From Haloplanus sp. (GTDB lineage Archaea; Halobacteriota; Halobacteria; Halobacteriales; Haloferacaceae): 64,000 bases of DNA. Below the pieces are notes generated by a model. That model had not been told where the DNA came from. It worked only from the letters and a program-made list of their open reading frames with translations, and searched no databases. The DNA lies in contig NZ_JAQCNJ010000072.1 in NCBI RefSeq assembly GCF_028275055.1, forward strand, positions 4,508-68,507, read 5' to 3'. The position numbers and the translations under genes are program-made. Below, piece after piece: positions 29,328-40,767 of the stretch (positions are counted from its first letter, which is position 1; the number at the start of each line of letters is the position of its first letter).

Positions 29328-30191
29328 ATGGTACTTGATCCACAACTCGTCTGGAACGGACTGGTCGTCGGGAGCATCATCTCCGTCTCCGCGTTGGGGC
29401 TGACGCTCATTTTCGGCATCCTCAACTTCATCAACATCGCGTACGGCGACTACATGGCCGCCGGCGCGTACGTGGCGTGGGCGGTCAACGCACAGGCCGG
29501 ACTTCCGATCGGCGTCGCCATCGTCGCCGGCATCCTCGTCATGTCCGTCGGTTCGGTGGTTCTCGACAAACTCGTCTTCCAGCACTTCCGGACACGAAGC
29601 CCGATCACGCTGCTCATCGTCTCGATCGGCGTGGCCTTCTTTATCCGGAATCTGCTGCGCGCCATCTGGGGCCCCAGCGGGCACTTTTATGACCTCCCGA
29701 TGGAAGCCAGTCCCTCGTTCGCGGGGGTCCGGTTCAGCGTCGAGCAGGTCGCGATCATCGTCGTGAGCCTGCTGCTGTTGCTCGGTGTCTACGTCATGCT
29801 CCGGCGAACCCGGATCGGCATCGCGATGCGTGCGGCGTCCGACGACCGGATGCTCTCGCGCATCCGCGGTGTCGACACGGAGAAACTCGTCCTGTACGTC
29901 TGGCTGATCGGCGGTGCCATCGCCGGTCTCAGCGGCATCATGCTCGGTCTCGACGCGCAGATCCGCCCGAACATGGGCTTTACCGCCCTGATCGCCATCT
30001 TCGCGGCGGTCATCCTGGGCGGCATCGGTGATCCCAAGGGCGCCGTGGCCGGCGGCTACTTCATCGGCGTCGCACAGGAAGTCAGCGTCGCCGTCATCCC
30101 CTCGGAGTACAAGTTCGGGGTCGGTCTCGTCGCACTGATCATCGGGCTACTCACACGTCCGGACGGCCTGTTCGGGGAGGCGACCCGATGA
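29328..30191 (+). CDS. livH: Branched-chain amino acid-type ABC permease (LivH-like)
   Basis: [35 protein letters not shown]. Confidence 0.9.
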   Translation: MVLDPQLVWNGLVVGSIISVSALGLTLIFGILNFINIAYGDYMAAGAYVAWAVNAQAGLPIGVAIVAGILVMSVGSVVLDKLVFQHFRTRSPITLLIVSIGVAFFIRNLLRAIWGPSGHFYDLPMEASPSFAGVRFSVEQVAIIVVSLLLLLGVYVMLRRTRIGIAMRAASDDRMLSRIRGVDTEKLVLYVWLIGGAIAGLSGIMLGLDAQIRPNMGFTALIAIFAAVILGGIGDPKGAVAGGYFIGVAQEVSVAVIPSEYKFGVGLVALIIGLLTRPDGLFGEATR

Positions 30192-30952
30192 CGCTTCTCG
30201 AAGCCAACGGCCTCCGGAAGACGTTCGGCGGCATCGTCGCCGTTGAGGAAGTCTCCTTCGAGGTCGACCGGACGGAGATCGTCGGCGTCATCGGTCCGAA
30301 CGGCGCCGGCAAGTCAACCATGTTCAAACTGCTCGCGGGCTTTCATAAGCCCGACGAGGGAACCGTTGTGTTCGATGGCGAGGACATCACCGATCTCGCG
30401 CCCAACGACCGCACACAGCGCGGTCTCGTCCGGACCTTCCAGATCGCACAGGAACTCACCGGGATGCGGGTGATGGACAACATGTTGCTCGCGTCTCAGA
30501 ACAACCCCGGCGAGAAGGTGCTCGCGGCGGCCGCAAACACCAGCAGTGTCCGCGACTTCGAGGGGACTGCGCGTGACCGCGCCGAGGAACTCCTGCAGTT
30601 CCTCGAACTCTGGGATCTGCGCGACGAGTACGCCGGCAACCTTTCCGGCGGCCAGCGGAAGCTACTGGAACTCGGGCGGGCGCTGATGGCCGATCCCGAC
30701 CTCCTGTTGCTCGACGAGCCGATGGCCGGGGTCAACCCCGATCTGACCGACCGACTCCTCCAGCGCATCATGGACCTGCGTGACGAACGCGATATGACGT
30801 TTCTGGTCGTGGAACACGACATCGAGGCGATCATGCGTATCTCCGATACCGTCATCGGCATGCACGACGGCGGGGTGCTCTCCAAGGGCACCCCGGAGGA
30901 GGTGCAGTCGGACGAGCGGATGCTGGAAGCCTACCTGGGAGGCGAGGTCTAA
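30188..30952 (+). CDS. livG: ABC ATPase (LivG-like)
   Basis: [28 protein letters not shown]. Confidence 0.92.
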   Translation: MTLLEANGLRKTFGGIVAVEEVSFEVDRTEIVGVIGPNGAGKSTMFKLLAGFHKPDEGTVVFDGEDITDLAPNDRTQRGLVRTFQIAQELTGMRVMDNMLLASQNNPGEKVLAAAANTSSVRDFEGTARDRAEELLQFLELWDLRDEYAGNLSGGQRKLLELGRALMADPDLLLLDEPMAGVNPDLTDRLLQRIMDLRDERDMTFLVVEHDIEAIMRISDTVIGMHDGGVLSKGTPEEVQSDERMLEAYLGGEV

Positions 30953-31668
30953 TGCTACTCGAACTCGAGAGCGTCGTCAGCGGCTACGGCGACGCGATCA
31001 TCGTCCACGGCGTCGACATGCAGATGGAAGACGGCGAGGTGGTCACGATCATCGGCCCGAACGGGGCGGGGAAATCGACCCTGCTGAAGACGGTCGTCGG
31101 CGTCGTCGAGGCCCGGGAAGGGTCGGTCCAGTTCAACGGCACCGACCTGGCCGGCAAGCCGCCGGAGGAAATCGTCGAGTACGGCATGTGTTACGTCCGC
31201 CAGAACGACAACATCTTCCCGAACCTCTCGGTCATGGAGAACCTGAAGATGGGCGCGTGGCCCGCCGAGGGCAAAGACTGGTTCGACTTCGACGACCGAC
31301 TCGATGAGGTGTACGACCAGTTCCCCGTTCTCGAAGAACGCGCAGAACAACGGGCCGGCTCCCTCAGCGGCGGCCAACAACAGATGGTCGCGATGGGAAC
31401 CGCGATGATTCTCGACCCCGATCTGCTCGTCCTCGACGAACCGTCGGCGGGGTTGGCCCCACAACTCGTCGACGAGATGTTCGAAAAGATCGTCGAGATC
31501 AACGAGGCCGGCACCCCCATCCTGATGGTCGAGCAGAACGCCCGCGCGGCGCTCAGGCGGTCGGACCGCGGAATCGTCCTCGACATGGGCGAGAACCGGT
31601 TCCAGGGAACCGGCGAGGAGTTGCTCGACAGCGAGGAAGTGGCCGAACTCTACCTCGGTACCGACTGA
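30952..31668 (+). CDS. livF: ABC ATPase (LivF-like)
   Basis: [31 protein letters not shown]. Confidence 0.92.
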   Translation: MLLELESVVSGYGDAIIVHGVDMQMEDGEVVTIIGPNGAGKSTLLKTVVGVVEAREGSVQFNGTDLAGKPPEEIVEYGMCYVRQNDNIFPNLSVMENLKMGAWPAEGKDWFDFDDRLDEVYDQFPVLEERAEQRAGSLSGGQQQMVAMGTAMILDPDLLVLDEPSAGLAPQLVDEMFEKIVEINEAGTPILMVEQNARAALRRSDRGIVLDMGENRFQGTGEELLDSEEVAELYLGTD

Positions 31669-31813
31669 CGCCGACCACGGCCGACCCGCCGCAGTGCGGC
31701 GTCCGTCGACGTCGACGACTACCCGTCGACGGACGCTTCCGTGCGATCAGCACCGATGGCACGTCCGTCGTCAGACGGCGGTTTTCAGGACGGTCCCCCT
31801 CGAAGGACACGGT

Positions 31814-33112
31814 AAGGGGGGCGACGACTCCGACCGACCCGGATTACACACGCGAAGCCTCCACGCCGGCCAGACCCCCGACCCGTCGACGGGGGCGCGA
31901 GCGCCACCCATATACCAGCCCACGTCGTACGTCTTCGACGACGCCGCCGACGCCGCGGCACAGTTCGCCCTCGAGACCGAGGGGCACGTCTACTCGCGGC
32001 TGATGAACCCGACCGTCGGCAGCCTCCAGGAGCGCCCTGCCTCGCTCGAAGGCGGCGTCGGCGCCGCCGCCACCCCCTCCGGGATGGCCTCGCTCGATCT
32101 CGCGACCTTTCTGCTCGCCGAGGCGGGCGACAACATCGTCACGGCGTCGGCACTGTACGGCGGCACCTACACGTATTTCACCCACACCGTCGAACGGCGG
32201 GGAATCACGACCCGGTTTGTCGATACGCTCGATTACGACGCCTACGCCGACGCCATCGACGACGACACCGCCTACGTCCACATCGAAACGGTCGGCAACC
32301 CGGCGCTGGTGACCCCGGATATCGAACAGGTGGCGGACACCGCCCACGAGAACGACACTCCCCTGTTCGTCGACAACACGTTCGCGACATCGTACCTTTG
32401 TCGACCGTTCGAACACGGTGCCGACCTCGTGTGGGGGTCGACGACCAAGTGGCTCCACGGGTCCGGATCGACCGTTGGCGGCGCCCTCGTCGACGGCGGC
32501 ACCTTCGACTGGAACGAGCACGCAGCCGACTACCCCGAAATCGGGATGGACAACCCCGCCTACCACGGCATCAACTTCCACGAGACGTTCGCGCCCGCGG
32601 GCTTTACCTACGCCGCCATCGCCCGTGGGCTGCGCGACCCGGGTAACACGCAGTCGCCGTTCGACGTGTGGGTCACCCTCCAGAAACCGGAGTCGTTCCC
32701 GATGCGGATGGCCCGCCACTGCGAGAACGCGATGGCCGTCGCCGAACATCTCGCCGACCACCCCGATGTAGGGTGGGTGAACCACCCCGGACTCGATACA
32801 CGCGAGACCCACGACACCGCGAGCGAGCACCTCGACGGCGGCTACGGCGGTATGATCACCTTCGGCCTCGGTGCGGGCTATGAGGCCGCCCGCGAGACGG
32901 TGAACAACGTGGAACTCGCCTCGCTTCTGGCCAACGTCGGTGACGCGAAGACGCTCGTCATCCACCCCGCCTCGACCACCCACCAACAGTTGACCGAGAA
33001 CGAACAGGCCGCGGCGGGCCTCATGCCCGATATGATCCGGCTCTCGGTGGGACTTGAGACCGTCTCGGACATCATCGCGGATCCGGACCACGCCATCGAC
33101 GCGGCGACCTGA
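31814..33112 (+). pseudogene. metY: Second metY paralog, probably decaying (no start codon at the expected site, many disruptive substitutions)
   Basis: Open frame homologous to 24374, but AAG at the expected start and Pro at several positions that differ in the paralog. Confidence 0.65.
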
Positions 33113-33748
33113 TCACAGCAGGTCGCGCTCCTCGAACAGCCGTCCGAGCCGATCCATCGACGCCACCACGGCATCGCAGGCTGGCCGCACCGCCGGCTTC
33201 GGGAGAACGCCGACCGCGAACCCGGCCACCTCCAGCATCGGGAGGTCGTTCGCTCCGTCACCGACGGCGACCGTCCGTGACAGCGGGAGACCCAGATCGG
33301 CCGCGAGCGACTCCAGCGCCTCGTCTTTGGTCCCCTCGATCAACGGCCCTTCGACCCCGCCGGTGAGATGGTCCCCCGCCCGAGGCAGACGGTTGGCGAT
33401 CACGGTGTCGACGGAGACACCCGCGCGGTTGAGGGCCCGGTCGACACCCCGTTCGAACCCGCCGGTGAGAATCGCCGTGTGGTGGCCGGCGTCGTTCAGG
33501 TCGGCGAGCAGGTCGGCCGCCCCCGACCGGAGACGGACCCGACCGAAGGCATCGTCCGCCCGCTCGGACTCCAACCCTTCGAGCAGCGCCGCCCGTTCGC
33601 GAAGGCTCTCGGCGTAACTGATCTCGTCGTTCATCGCGCGCTCCGTGACCTCGGCCATCCGGTCGGCGACACCACACTGCTCGCCAAGCAGGACCGTCAT
33701 CTCCGAGTCGGAGAGCGTGCCGTCGAAGTCAAAGGCGACGAGTCGCAT
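33113..33748 (-). CDS. serB: Phosphoserine phosphatase
   Basis: FDFDGTL, TGGF, GDGANDLPM. Confidence 0.95.
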   Translation of the reverse strand: MRLVAFDFDGTLSDSEMTVLLGEQCGVADRMAEVTERAMNDEISYAESLRERAALLEGLESERADDAFGRVRLRSGAADLLADLNDAGHHTAILTGGFERGVDRALNRAGVSVDTVIANRLPRAGDHLTGGVEGPLIEGTKDEALESLAADLGLPLSRTVAVGDGANDLPMLEVAGFAVGVLPKPAVRPACDAVVASMDRLGRLFEERDLL

Positions 33749-33871
33749 ACCCCCCCGTCGCCGGCCGAGGGTTTGAATCCCCCGACCGGGACGGCGGCCC
33801 GGCCGTGCACGGATTCATCGCCCGGAGCGGTGTTTGGAAACGCTTAACTCCGTCCTCGGGTCGATTCGGGT

Positions 33872-35479
33872 ATGAGGGTACTCGTCACGGACCCGATCGC
33901 CGATGCGGGGTTGGACCGGCTTCGTACCGCGGGCCACACGGTGGACACCGCATACGACGCCGAGGGGTCCGATCTGCTCGCGGCCGTCGCGGACGCCAAC
34001 GCACTCATCGTGCGCTCGGGGACGGAGGTGACCGAGGCGGTGTTCGAGGCCGCCCCGGATCTGGTCATCGTCGGACGGGCTGGGATCGGCGTCGACAACA
34101 TCGACATCGACGCGGCGACCGATCACGGCGTCATCGTCGCCAACGCGCCGGAGGGGAACGTCCGCGCGGCGGCCGAACACACCGTCGCGATGACGTTTGC
34201 GGCCGCCCGCTCAATCCCGCAGGCACACGGCCGACTCCGGGACGGCGAGTGGGCCAAAAGCGACTACCTCGGAACCGAACTCAACGGGAAGACGCTCGGC
34301 ATCGTCGGCCTCGGGCGCGTCGGTCAGGAGGTCGCAAGACGACTGGGCTCGCTCGGGATGGAGTTGGCGGCGTACGACCCGTACATCGGACAGGAGCGTG
34401 CCGACCAACTCGGCGCCGAACTCGTCGAGTTCGAGGCGTGTCTCGACCGCGCCGACTTCCTGACGGTTCATACACCCCTGACCCCCGAAACGGAGGGCCT
34501 GATCTCGACGGACGAACTCGACTCGATGGCCGGCGGCTACCTGATCAACTGCGCCCGGGGCGGCGTCGTCGACGAGACGGCCCTCGCGACGGCCGTCGAG
34601 AACGGCACGCTCGCCGGCGCCGCGGTCGACGTGTTCGCCGACGAACCCGTGTCGCCGGACAACCCCCTCCTCGCCGTCGACGACGTCGTCGTTACGCCCC
34701 ACCTCGGGGCCTCGACCGAGGCGGCGCAGGAACACGTCGCCACGAGCATCGCCGACCAGGTCGTCGCCGCGTTCGAGAACGACCCCGTGGCGAACGCGCT
34801 GAACGCACCCTCCATCGACGAGAGCGCGTTCCCGCGGATCGAACCGTACATCGGGCTTGCCGAGACGGCCGGGAAGGTGGCCGCCCAGATGTTCGCGGGC
34901 CGGACCTCGACGGTCCGCGTGCGCTACGAGGGCGACATCGCCGACGAGGACGTGGAGTTCGTCACCGCGAGCGCGCTCAAAGGCGTGTTCGAACCCCTCG
35001 AGTGGCAGGTGAACGCGGTCAACGCGCCCAAAATCGCCGAGGAACGCGGCATCGAGGTGACCGAGGAGAAAACCCGACAGAGCGACGACTTCCAGAGTCT
35101 CATCACCGTCACCGTCGGCGACGGGACCGACGACATCGTCGTCGGCGCGACGTTGTTTGCCGGTGGCGACCCGCGTATCGTCCGCATCGACGGCTACCGC
35201 GTCGACGCCCGCCCGTCCGGCCAGATGCTCGTCGTCCGCAACTACGACCGCCCCGGCGTCCTCGGCCTGATCGGGACCGTTCTCGGCGACAGCGAGGTCA
35301 ACATCGCCGGGATGTTCAACGGCCGCGAGACGATCGGCGGCGAGGCTATGACGGTGTACAACCTCGACGACCCGGTGCCCAACGACGCCGTCGAGACCAT
35401 CCGGGCCGACGAGCGGATCATCGACGTGACCGATATCACCCTCAGCGACGGCGCGGGCGCGGGCCGTTCCGACGACTAG
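33872..35479 (+). CDS. serA: D-3-phosphoglycerate dehydrogenase
   Basis: GRAGIGVDNID, GLGRVG, NCARGG, TPHLGAST, C-terminal ACT. Confidence 0.97.
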   Translation: MRVLVTDPIADAGLDRLRTAGHTVDTAYDAEGSDLLAAVADANALIVRSGTEVTEAVFEAAPDLVIVGRAGIGVDNIDIDAATDHGVIVANAPEGNVRAAAEHTVAMTFAAARSIPQAHGRLRDGEWAKSDYLGTELNGKTLGIVGLGRVGQEVARRLGSLGMELAAYDPYIGQERADQLGAELVEFEACLDRADFLTVHTPLTPETEGLISTDELDSMAGGYLINCARGGVVDETALATAVENGTLAGAAVDVFADEPVSPDNPLLAVDDVVVTPHLGASTEAAQEHVATSIADQVVAAFENDPVANALNAPSIDESAFPRIEPYIGLAETAGKVAAQMFAGRTSTVRVRYEGDIADEDVEFVTASALKGVFEPLEWQVNAVNAPKIAEERGIEVTEEKTRQSDDFQSLITVTVGDGTDDIVVGATLFAGGDPRIVRIDGYRVDARPSGQMLVVRNYDRPGVLGLIGTVLGDSEVNIAGMFNGRETIGGEAMTVYNLDDPVPNDAVETIRADERIIDVTDITLSDGAGAGRSDD

Positions 35480-35811
35480 GTGCGGTTCGTAACCAAGCCG
35501 ACGACCCGGCCGACGACGCCGTCCGTATCGCCCGACACCCCGCGCTCGGACGAACCCTCCTTCAGGGCAGGTCCCTCGCGCTCGCCGTCGCAGTCGTCGA
35601 GCAACCGTTCGTACCGCTCGACGATCCGTTCGTTTTCGCGGCGTTGCCGCGCCACCGCCTCGCGCAACGCCTCGTTTTCCCGCTCCAGTTCGGCGATGCG
35701 CGCCTGCGGGTCGCCCCCCGGCCCGGATCCGGCGTCTCGGCTCGGCACCGCCGCCGAGTGGTCGTCTCGCCCGCTACTGACCGTTCCCGTCGGGAAGCCG
35801 CTCGGACCCAT
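35476..35811 (-). CDS. Small coiled-coil hypothetical protein
   Basis: RIAELERENEALR...IVERYERLL. Confidence 0.65.
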   Translation of the reverse strand: MGPSGFPTGTVSSGRDDHSAAVPSRDAGSGPGGDPQARIAELERENEALREAVARQRRENERIVERYERLLDDCDGEREGPALKEGSSERGVSGDTDGVVGRVVGLVTNRT

Positions 35812-35909
35812 GCGTGTGGGTACAAGTCACACGCGCAAAAACGTCCGTCAGACGGGCGTCGGACCCCGAAGGCACAACGTATAGGTGGCGACCGCCCCTC
35901 CGACCGATC

Positions 35910-36215
35910 ATGAGCGACGACGACTTCGAGACGACGGTCGCCGCAGCGTTCGAGGACCGGTTCGGTGCTGACCCCGAGACGGCGAGTGCGGCCGCCGCGA
36001 AGGCCGCGGCGTTCCGCGACGAGGTCGACGAGAATCTATCGGCCGAGAACCTGATCGACGCCGTCGCCGAGGCCAACGACTACGACGGCTTCGCCCACCG
36101 GTACGACCTCGCGATCGGGGATCTGGCGGCGGCCGACGAGGACTGTACCGATTCGCGGGCCTACCGCCTCGCCGGGTTCGACGACCTGGCGGCCGACCCG
36201 GATATCGGGGCGTGA
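35910..36215 (+). CDS. Conserved acidic hypothetical protein
   Basis: Acidic helical protein, YDLAIGDLAA..DCTDSRAYR. Confidence 0.75.
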   Translation: MSDDDFETTVAAAFEDRFGADPETASAAAAKAAAFRDEVDENLSAENLIDAVAEANDYDGFAHRYDLAIGDLAAADEDCTDSRAYRLAGFDDLAADPDIGA

Positions 36216-36299
36216 GCCGACGGCGACGGCGCAACCGCTACGGCAGTCGTTGTAACTCCTTCGACAACTGTTAATTAATTGTGACAACGATAGGGTTGA

Positions 36300-36395
36300 T
36301 TACCGCTCGGTCCCTCACCACGCACGGGAGACGACCATCCGCCTGGCTTTGTGCCCCCTCACAACATCCCGTCTCCCGTTTTTCGGATGGCTCGT
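36300..36395 (+). ncRNA. Candidate small RNA with H-type pseudoknot (boundaries approximate)
   Basis: TTAATTAA at 36271; stems 36324-33/36370-79 and 36335-41/36384-90. Confidence 0.45.
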
Positions 36396-36415
36396 TCCGG
36401 TAGCTGTGGCCTCCC

Positions 36416-37681
36416 TTACTCGGAGATGTGGTCGAGAACCGCCTCGGCGTCGTCGGGAACCGATTCGGGATCGTTGCCCGCCTCGAAGGCGGCCTCGGGG
36501 TCTTTCAGCAGGTGGCCGGTGGTGAGACAGACAACCTGTTCGTCGGCACCGACGACGCCGTGATCGCGGAGTTTTCGGAGGCCGGCGATGGATGTCGCGG
36601 AGGCGGGTTCGACGCCGACGCCCTCACCGGCGAGCGCACGATGCGCGTCGGTGATCTCCTCGTCGCTGACCGAGATGGCGGTGCCGCCCGTCGCCCGGAT
36701 ACCCGGGAGCGCCTTCGGTGCGTTCACCGGGTTGCCGATGCGGATGGCGGTGGCGATCGTCTCGACGTCCGGCCACCGGCGGATCGTCTCGTTGCCCTCC
36801 TCGATTGCCTCGACCATTGGGGCCGCGCCCTCGGCCTGGACACCGGTGAGTTTCGGCACGTCCGCAGGATCGAGTGCGCCACTCTGGACGAGTTCCCGGA
36901 AGCATTTGTACAGCGCCGCGGTGTTGCCGGCGTTGCCGACCGGGAGGATGATCCGGTCCGGATACGTGCCGTGATCGGTCATGAACTCCTCTAGGATCTC
37001 CAAGCCGATGGTCTTCTGTCCCTCCAGCCGGAAGGGATTCAGCGAGTTGAGCAGGTACACCTCGCCGGCCATGGCGAGTTCCTGGACGATGTCAAGGCAG
37101 TCGTCGAAGTTACCGTCGACCTCGAGGATGCGGGCGTCGTGGAGGGCCGCCTGTGCGATCTTGCCGGAGGCCACCTTGCCAGCCGGCAGAAGCACGAGCG
37201 TCTCCATCCCGCCGCGGGCGCCGTAGGCCGCGAGGGCGGCGCTGGTGTTCCCCGTCGAGGCACACGCCAACCGTCCGACGCCGAGTTCCTGTGCGACACG
37301 AACGCCGACGGTCATGCCGCGGTCTTTGAACGCGCCGGTCGGGTTCATCCCCTCGTGTTTGACCCGGAGGCGCTTGATGCCGATCTCCTCCTCCAACCGA
37401 GGGACGTGGTGTAACGGCGTGTCGCCCTCCGGAAGGCTGACGCCTTCGTCGAACGGGAGCGCGGCGGCGTACCGCCAGACCCCCTGCCCCTCGAAGTCGT
37501 CGAAGGTCGGTGGGTCGGCGTACCGGACCTCAAGCAGGCCGTCACAGTGGTCACACGTGTACCTGATTTCGGCGAAGGGCGCGAACGTCTCGTCACACTC
37601 GATACACGCGAGCCAGACGCCGTTGTCCGCGACGGCGGGCACAGCCGGGGCGGCCGCGGTCAGCTCCATACTCGTGCTCAT
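36416..37681 (-). CDS. thrC: Threonine synthase
   Basis: NPTGAFKDRG, ASTGNTS, PVGNAGN, TGHLLKD. Confidence 0.96.
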   Translation of the reverse strand: MSTSMELTAAAPAVPAVADNGVWLACIECDETFAPFAEIRYTCDHCDGLLEVRYADPPTFDDFEGQGVWRYAAALPFDEGVSLPEGDTPLHHVPRLEEEIGIKRLRVKHEGMNPTGAFKDRGMTVGVRVAQELGVGRLACASTGNTSAALAAYGARGGMETLVLLPAGKVASGKIAQAALHDARILEVDGNFDDCLDIVQELAMAGEVYLLNSLNPFRLEGQKTIGLEILEEFMTDHGTYPDRIILPVGNAGNTAALYKCFRELVQSGALDPADVPKLTGVQAEGAAPMVEAIEEGNETIRRWPDVETIATAIRIGNPVNAPKALPGIRATGGTAISVSDEEITDAHRALAGEGVGVEPASATSIAGLRKLRDHGVVGADEQVVCLTTGHLLKDPEAAFEAGNDPESVPDDAEAVLDHISE

Positions 37682-37720
37682 TGGCGGAGCGAAGGCCCCC
37701 GGGGCAAAAAACGAGTGGGT

Positions 37721-38092
37721 TCACTCCGGCTCGAACTCATCGATCGCATCGTGAACCTGTGCCACCCATTCATCAAGCGTGCGATGCATCATCTCCTTTG
37801 CCTCCGGCAGGGGCGTCGCGGTGTACTGATAGACGTAGCCCCCCGGATCGAGGAGGCGGCGCTCCCGTTCCACCAGTCGCTTGTCGAGCAACGTCGTCAG
37901 CGATCGGTTGACGTTGCTCCGGTCCCGGTCGAGTTCCGTGGCGAGTTCCGCCACTGTACTCCCTTGATGTTTCAGTAACACGAGATACGTCCGGCTCTCG
38001 TGTTCCTGAACGCCGAACACGCAGGCGAGGACGTGTCGAAAGCTCGGTTCCTCGACGCCGACCAGTTCGTCGATATCCGGGCCGTCGGCCAT
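37721..38092 (-). CDS. TrmB-like HTH transcriptional regulator
   Basis: TVAELATELDRDRSNVNRSL...GGYVYQY. Confidence 0.88.
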   Translation of the reverse strand: MADGPDIDELVGVEEPSFRHVLACVFGVQEHESRTYLVLLKHQGSTVAELATELDRDRSNVNRSLTTLLDKRLVERERRLLDPGGYVYQYTATPLPEAKEMMHRTLDEWVAQVHDAIDEFEPE

Positions 38093-38149
38093 ACGCGTCG
38101 TTGACCGCGCGCGTGGTTAAACCTCCGCCACCCCGCGGTGCCGCGGTGG

Positions 38150-38386
38150 TCACTCCTCGCGGCCGTACCCCATGTTCCGGATACACGTCCGCATCTCGTC
38201 GGGGTCGCCGTGTTTGTGGAGGGTGGTTGGCGTATCACAGTAGTACGTGCCGCCGTCGTAGCGAAGCGTCACCTCGTGGACGCCGCCAAGCATCTCCAGA
38301 CGGACGACGATCCGCTGGCCGTTGTCGAGGGCGTCGAGAATCTCACCCGCCGTCAGATCACCCGGCTCGATCTCCATGATGGTCAT
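38150..38386 (-). CDS. Small conserved hypothetical protein
   Basis: EVTLRYDGGTYYCDTPTTLHKH; acidic; start uncertain. Confidence 0.7.
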   Translation of the reverse strand: MTIMEIEPGDLTAGEILDALDNGQRIVVRLEMLGGVHEVTLRYDGGTYYCDTPTTLHKHGDPDEMRTCIRNMGYGREE

Positions 38387-38475
38387 CGTTCCAACGTAGT
38401 CGTCCTCCATGCTAAAGCCGCCGGGACCGTGACCCGACAGGTTAAACGCGGGGACGCGCCAAACGCCGACGACCG

Positions 38476-40767
38476 ATGAACCCCGCCGACATCCCCGGAC
38501 TCCCGTCGGCCGTTGCCGTCCACCTCGCCGAGTCGGGGGTCGAGAAGCTCTACCCGCCACAGGCCGCCGCCGTTGAGGCCGGCGTCACCGAGGGCGAGAG
38601 CCTCGTCGCCAGCGTGCCGACCGCGAGCGGCAAGACCCTGATCGCGGAACTCGCCATGGTGTCGAGTGTCGCCCGCGGCGGGACCGCGTTGTACGTCGTC
38701 CCGCTCCGGGCGCTCGCCGGCGAAAAAAAGGCCGAGTTCGAGCGGTGGGCCGACCTCAACGCGTTGGACGTGTCGGTGGGTATCTCGACGGGCAACTACG
38801 AGCAGTCCGGAGAGCGGCTGGCCAGCCACGACATCGTCGTCGCCACGAGCGAGAAGGTCGACTCCCTCGTGCGCAACGGCGCGCCGTGGCTGGAGCGTCT
38901 CACCTGTGTCGTCGCCGACGAGGTCCACCTCGTCGACGACCCGAACCGAGGGCCGACGCTTGAGGTGACGCTGGCGAAACTCCGGCGCATCACCCCAGAC
39001 CTCCAGGTCGTCGCGCTCTCGGCGACGGTCGACAACGCCGACGAGGTGGCCGACTGGCTGGACGCCGAACTCGTCCAGTCCGACTGGCGGCCGGTCGACC
39101 TCCGGACGGGCGTCCACTTCGGCGACGCCATCACCTTCGCCGACGGCGACCGGCGGGAGGTGCCCGTGGGACGGAACGAGCGTCCGACCGCCGCCCTCGT
39201 TGCCGACACCGTCGACGACGGCGGGTCGTCGCTGGTGTTTGTCAACTCCCGGCGCAACGCCGAGGCCGCCGCCGGACGACTGGCAGACGTGACCGCAGAC
39301 CGCCTTTCCGACGACGAACGTGCCGACCTGGCGGATCTGGCCGACGAGGTGGCCGGCGTCTCCGACACCGAGACGAGCGACGACCTGGCCGCGGTTGTCC
39401 GTGAGGGCGCGGCCTTCCACCACGCCGGTCTCTCGGCCGCGCACCGATCGCTCGTCGAGGACGCCTTCCGCGACCGCCTCCTGAAGGCCATCTGTGCGAC
39501 GCCGACGCTGGCGGCCGGTGTCAACACCCCCAGCCGGCGCGTGATTGTCCGCGACTGGCGGCGCTACGACGGCGAGTTCGGCGGCATGAAACCCCTCGAC
39601 ACGTTGGAGGTCCACCAGATGTTCGGCCGTGCCGGCCGGCCGGGCCTCGACCCCCACGGCGAGGCCGTTCTCCTCGCGAAGGACCACGACACCATGGACG
39701 ACCTGTTCGAGCGGTACGTGTGGGCCGACCCCGACCCCGTCCAGTCGAAACTCGCCCGCGAACCGGCGATGCGGACCCACCTGCTCGCGACCGTCGCCTC
39801 CGGCTTTGCCCGCACCCGCTCCGGACTGCTCGACTTTCTCGACCGGACGTTGTACGCGGCTCAGGGAGACAACGCCGGCCGCCTCGAATCCGTTGTCGAC
39901 GACGTGATCGGGTATCTCGTCGCCAACGACTTCATACAACGCGACGGCGACGGGATCACCGCCACGCCGCTCGGTCACACCGTCTCCCGACTCTATCTCG
40001 ATCCGATGAGCGCGGCCGAAATCGTCGACGGCCTGCGCGGGGCCGACGACCCCACACCCCTCGGCTGCTACCACCTCGTCTCCCGGACCCCGGACATGTA
40101 CGAACTCTACCTGAAATCGGGGGATCGGGAGACGTACACGGAACTCTGCTATGAGCGCGAAGCGGAGTTCCTCGGCCGCGTCCCCTCGGAGTTCGAGGAC
40201 GTGCGCTTCGAGGAGTGGCTGTCGGCGCTGAAAACGGCGAAACTACTGGAGGACTGGGCAAGCGAGGTCGACGAGGACCGCATCACCGAGCGCTACGGCG
40301 TCGGTCCCGGTGACGTACGCGGCAAGGTCGATACCGCGGAGTGGTTGCTCGGCGCGGCCGAGCAACTCGCGACGGAACTCGAACTGGACTGTACCGCCGC
40401 CGTCAACGAGGCGAAACGACGCGTCGCCGACGGCGTCCGGGAGGAACTGCTCGACCTGACCGGCGTCCGTGGAATCGGTCGCAAGCGTGCCCGCCGCCTC
40501 TACGAGGCGGGCGTCGAGTCGCGTGCGGCCCTCCGTGAGGCCGAAAAGTCGGTCGTTCTCGGTGCGCTCCGGGGGCGCGAGGCGACGGCCGAGCGGATCC
40601 TGGAAAACGCCGGGCGGCGCGACCCCTCGATGGACGGCGTTACGCCGGCTGAGGGGAGCGCCCCAGACAACGGCGACGCCCGGACCGGCGGAACGGACGC
40701 GTCCGCCCCCGCCGGCGACGAGACCGACCCGACCGACCAACAGGCCAGCCTGGGTGATTTCGGGTGA
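38476..40767 (+). CDS. hel308: ATP-dependent DNA helicase Hel308 (Ski2-like)
   Basis: [28 protein letters not shown], HhH GIGRKRAR. Confidence 0.96.
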   Translation: MNPADIPGLPSAVAVHLAESGVEKLYPPQAAAVEAGVTEGESLVASVPTASGKTLIAELAMVSSVARGGTALYVVPLRALAGEKKAEFERWADLNALDVSVGISTGNYEQSGERLASHDIVVATSEKVDSLVRNGAPWLERLTCVVADEVHLVDDPNRGPTLEVTLAKLRRITPDLQVVALSATVDNADEVADWLDAELVQSDWRPVDLRTGVHFGDAITFADGDRREVPVGRNERPTAALVADTVDDGGSSLVFVNSRRNAEAAAGRLADVTADRLSDDERADLADLADEVAGVSDTETSDDLAAVVREGAAFHHAGLSAAHRSLVEDAFRDRLLKAICATPTLAAGVNTPSRRVIVRDWRRYDGEFGGMKPLDTLEVHQMFGRAGRPGLDPHGEAVLLAKDHDTMDDLFERYVWADPDPVQSKLAREPAMRTHLLATVASGFARTRSGLLDFLDRTLYAAQGDNAGRLESVVDDVIGYLVANDFIQRDGDGITATPLGHTVSRLYLDPMSAAEIVDGLRGADDPTPLGCYHLVSRTPDMYELYLKSGDRETYTELCYEREAEFLGRVPSEFEDVRFEEWLSALKTAKLLEDWASEVDEDRITERYGVGPGDVRGKVDTAEWLLGAAEQLATELELDCTAAVNEAKRRVADGVREELLDLTGVRGIGRKRARRLYEAGVESRAALREAEKSVVLGALRGREATAERILENAGRRDPSMDGVTPAEGSAPDNGDARTGGTDASAPAGDETDPTDQQASLGDFG

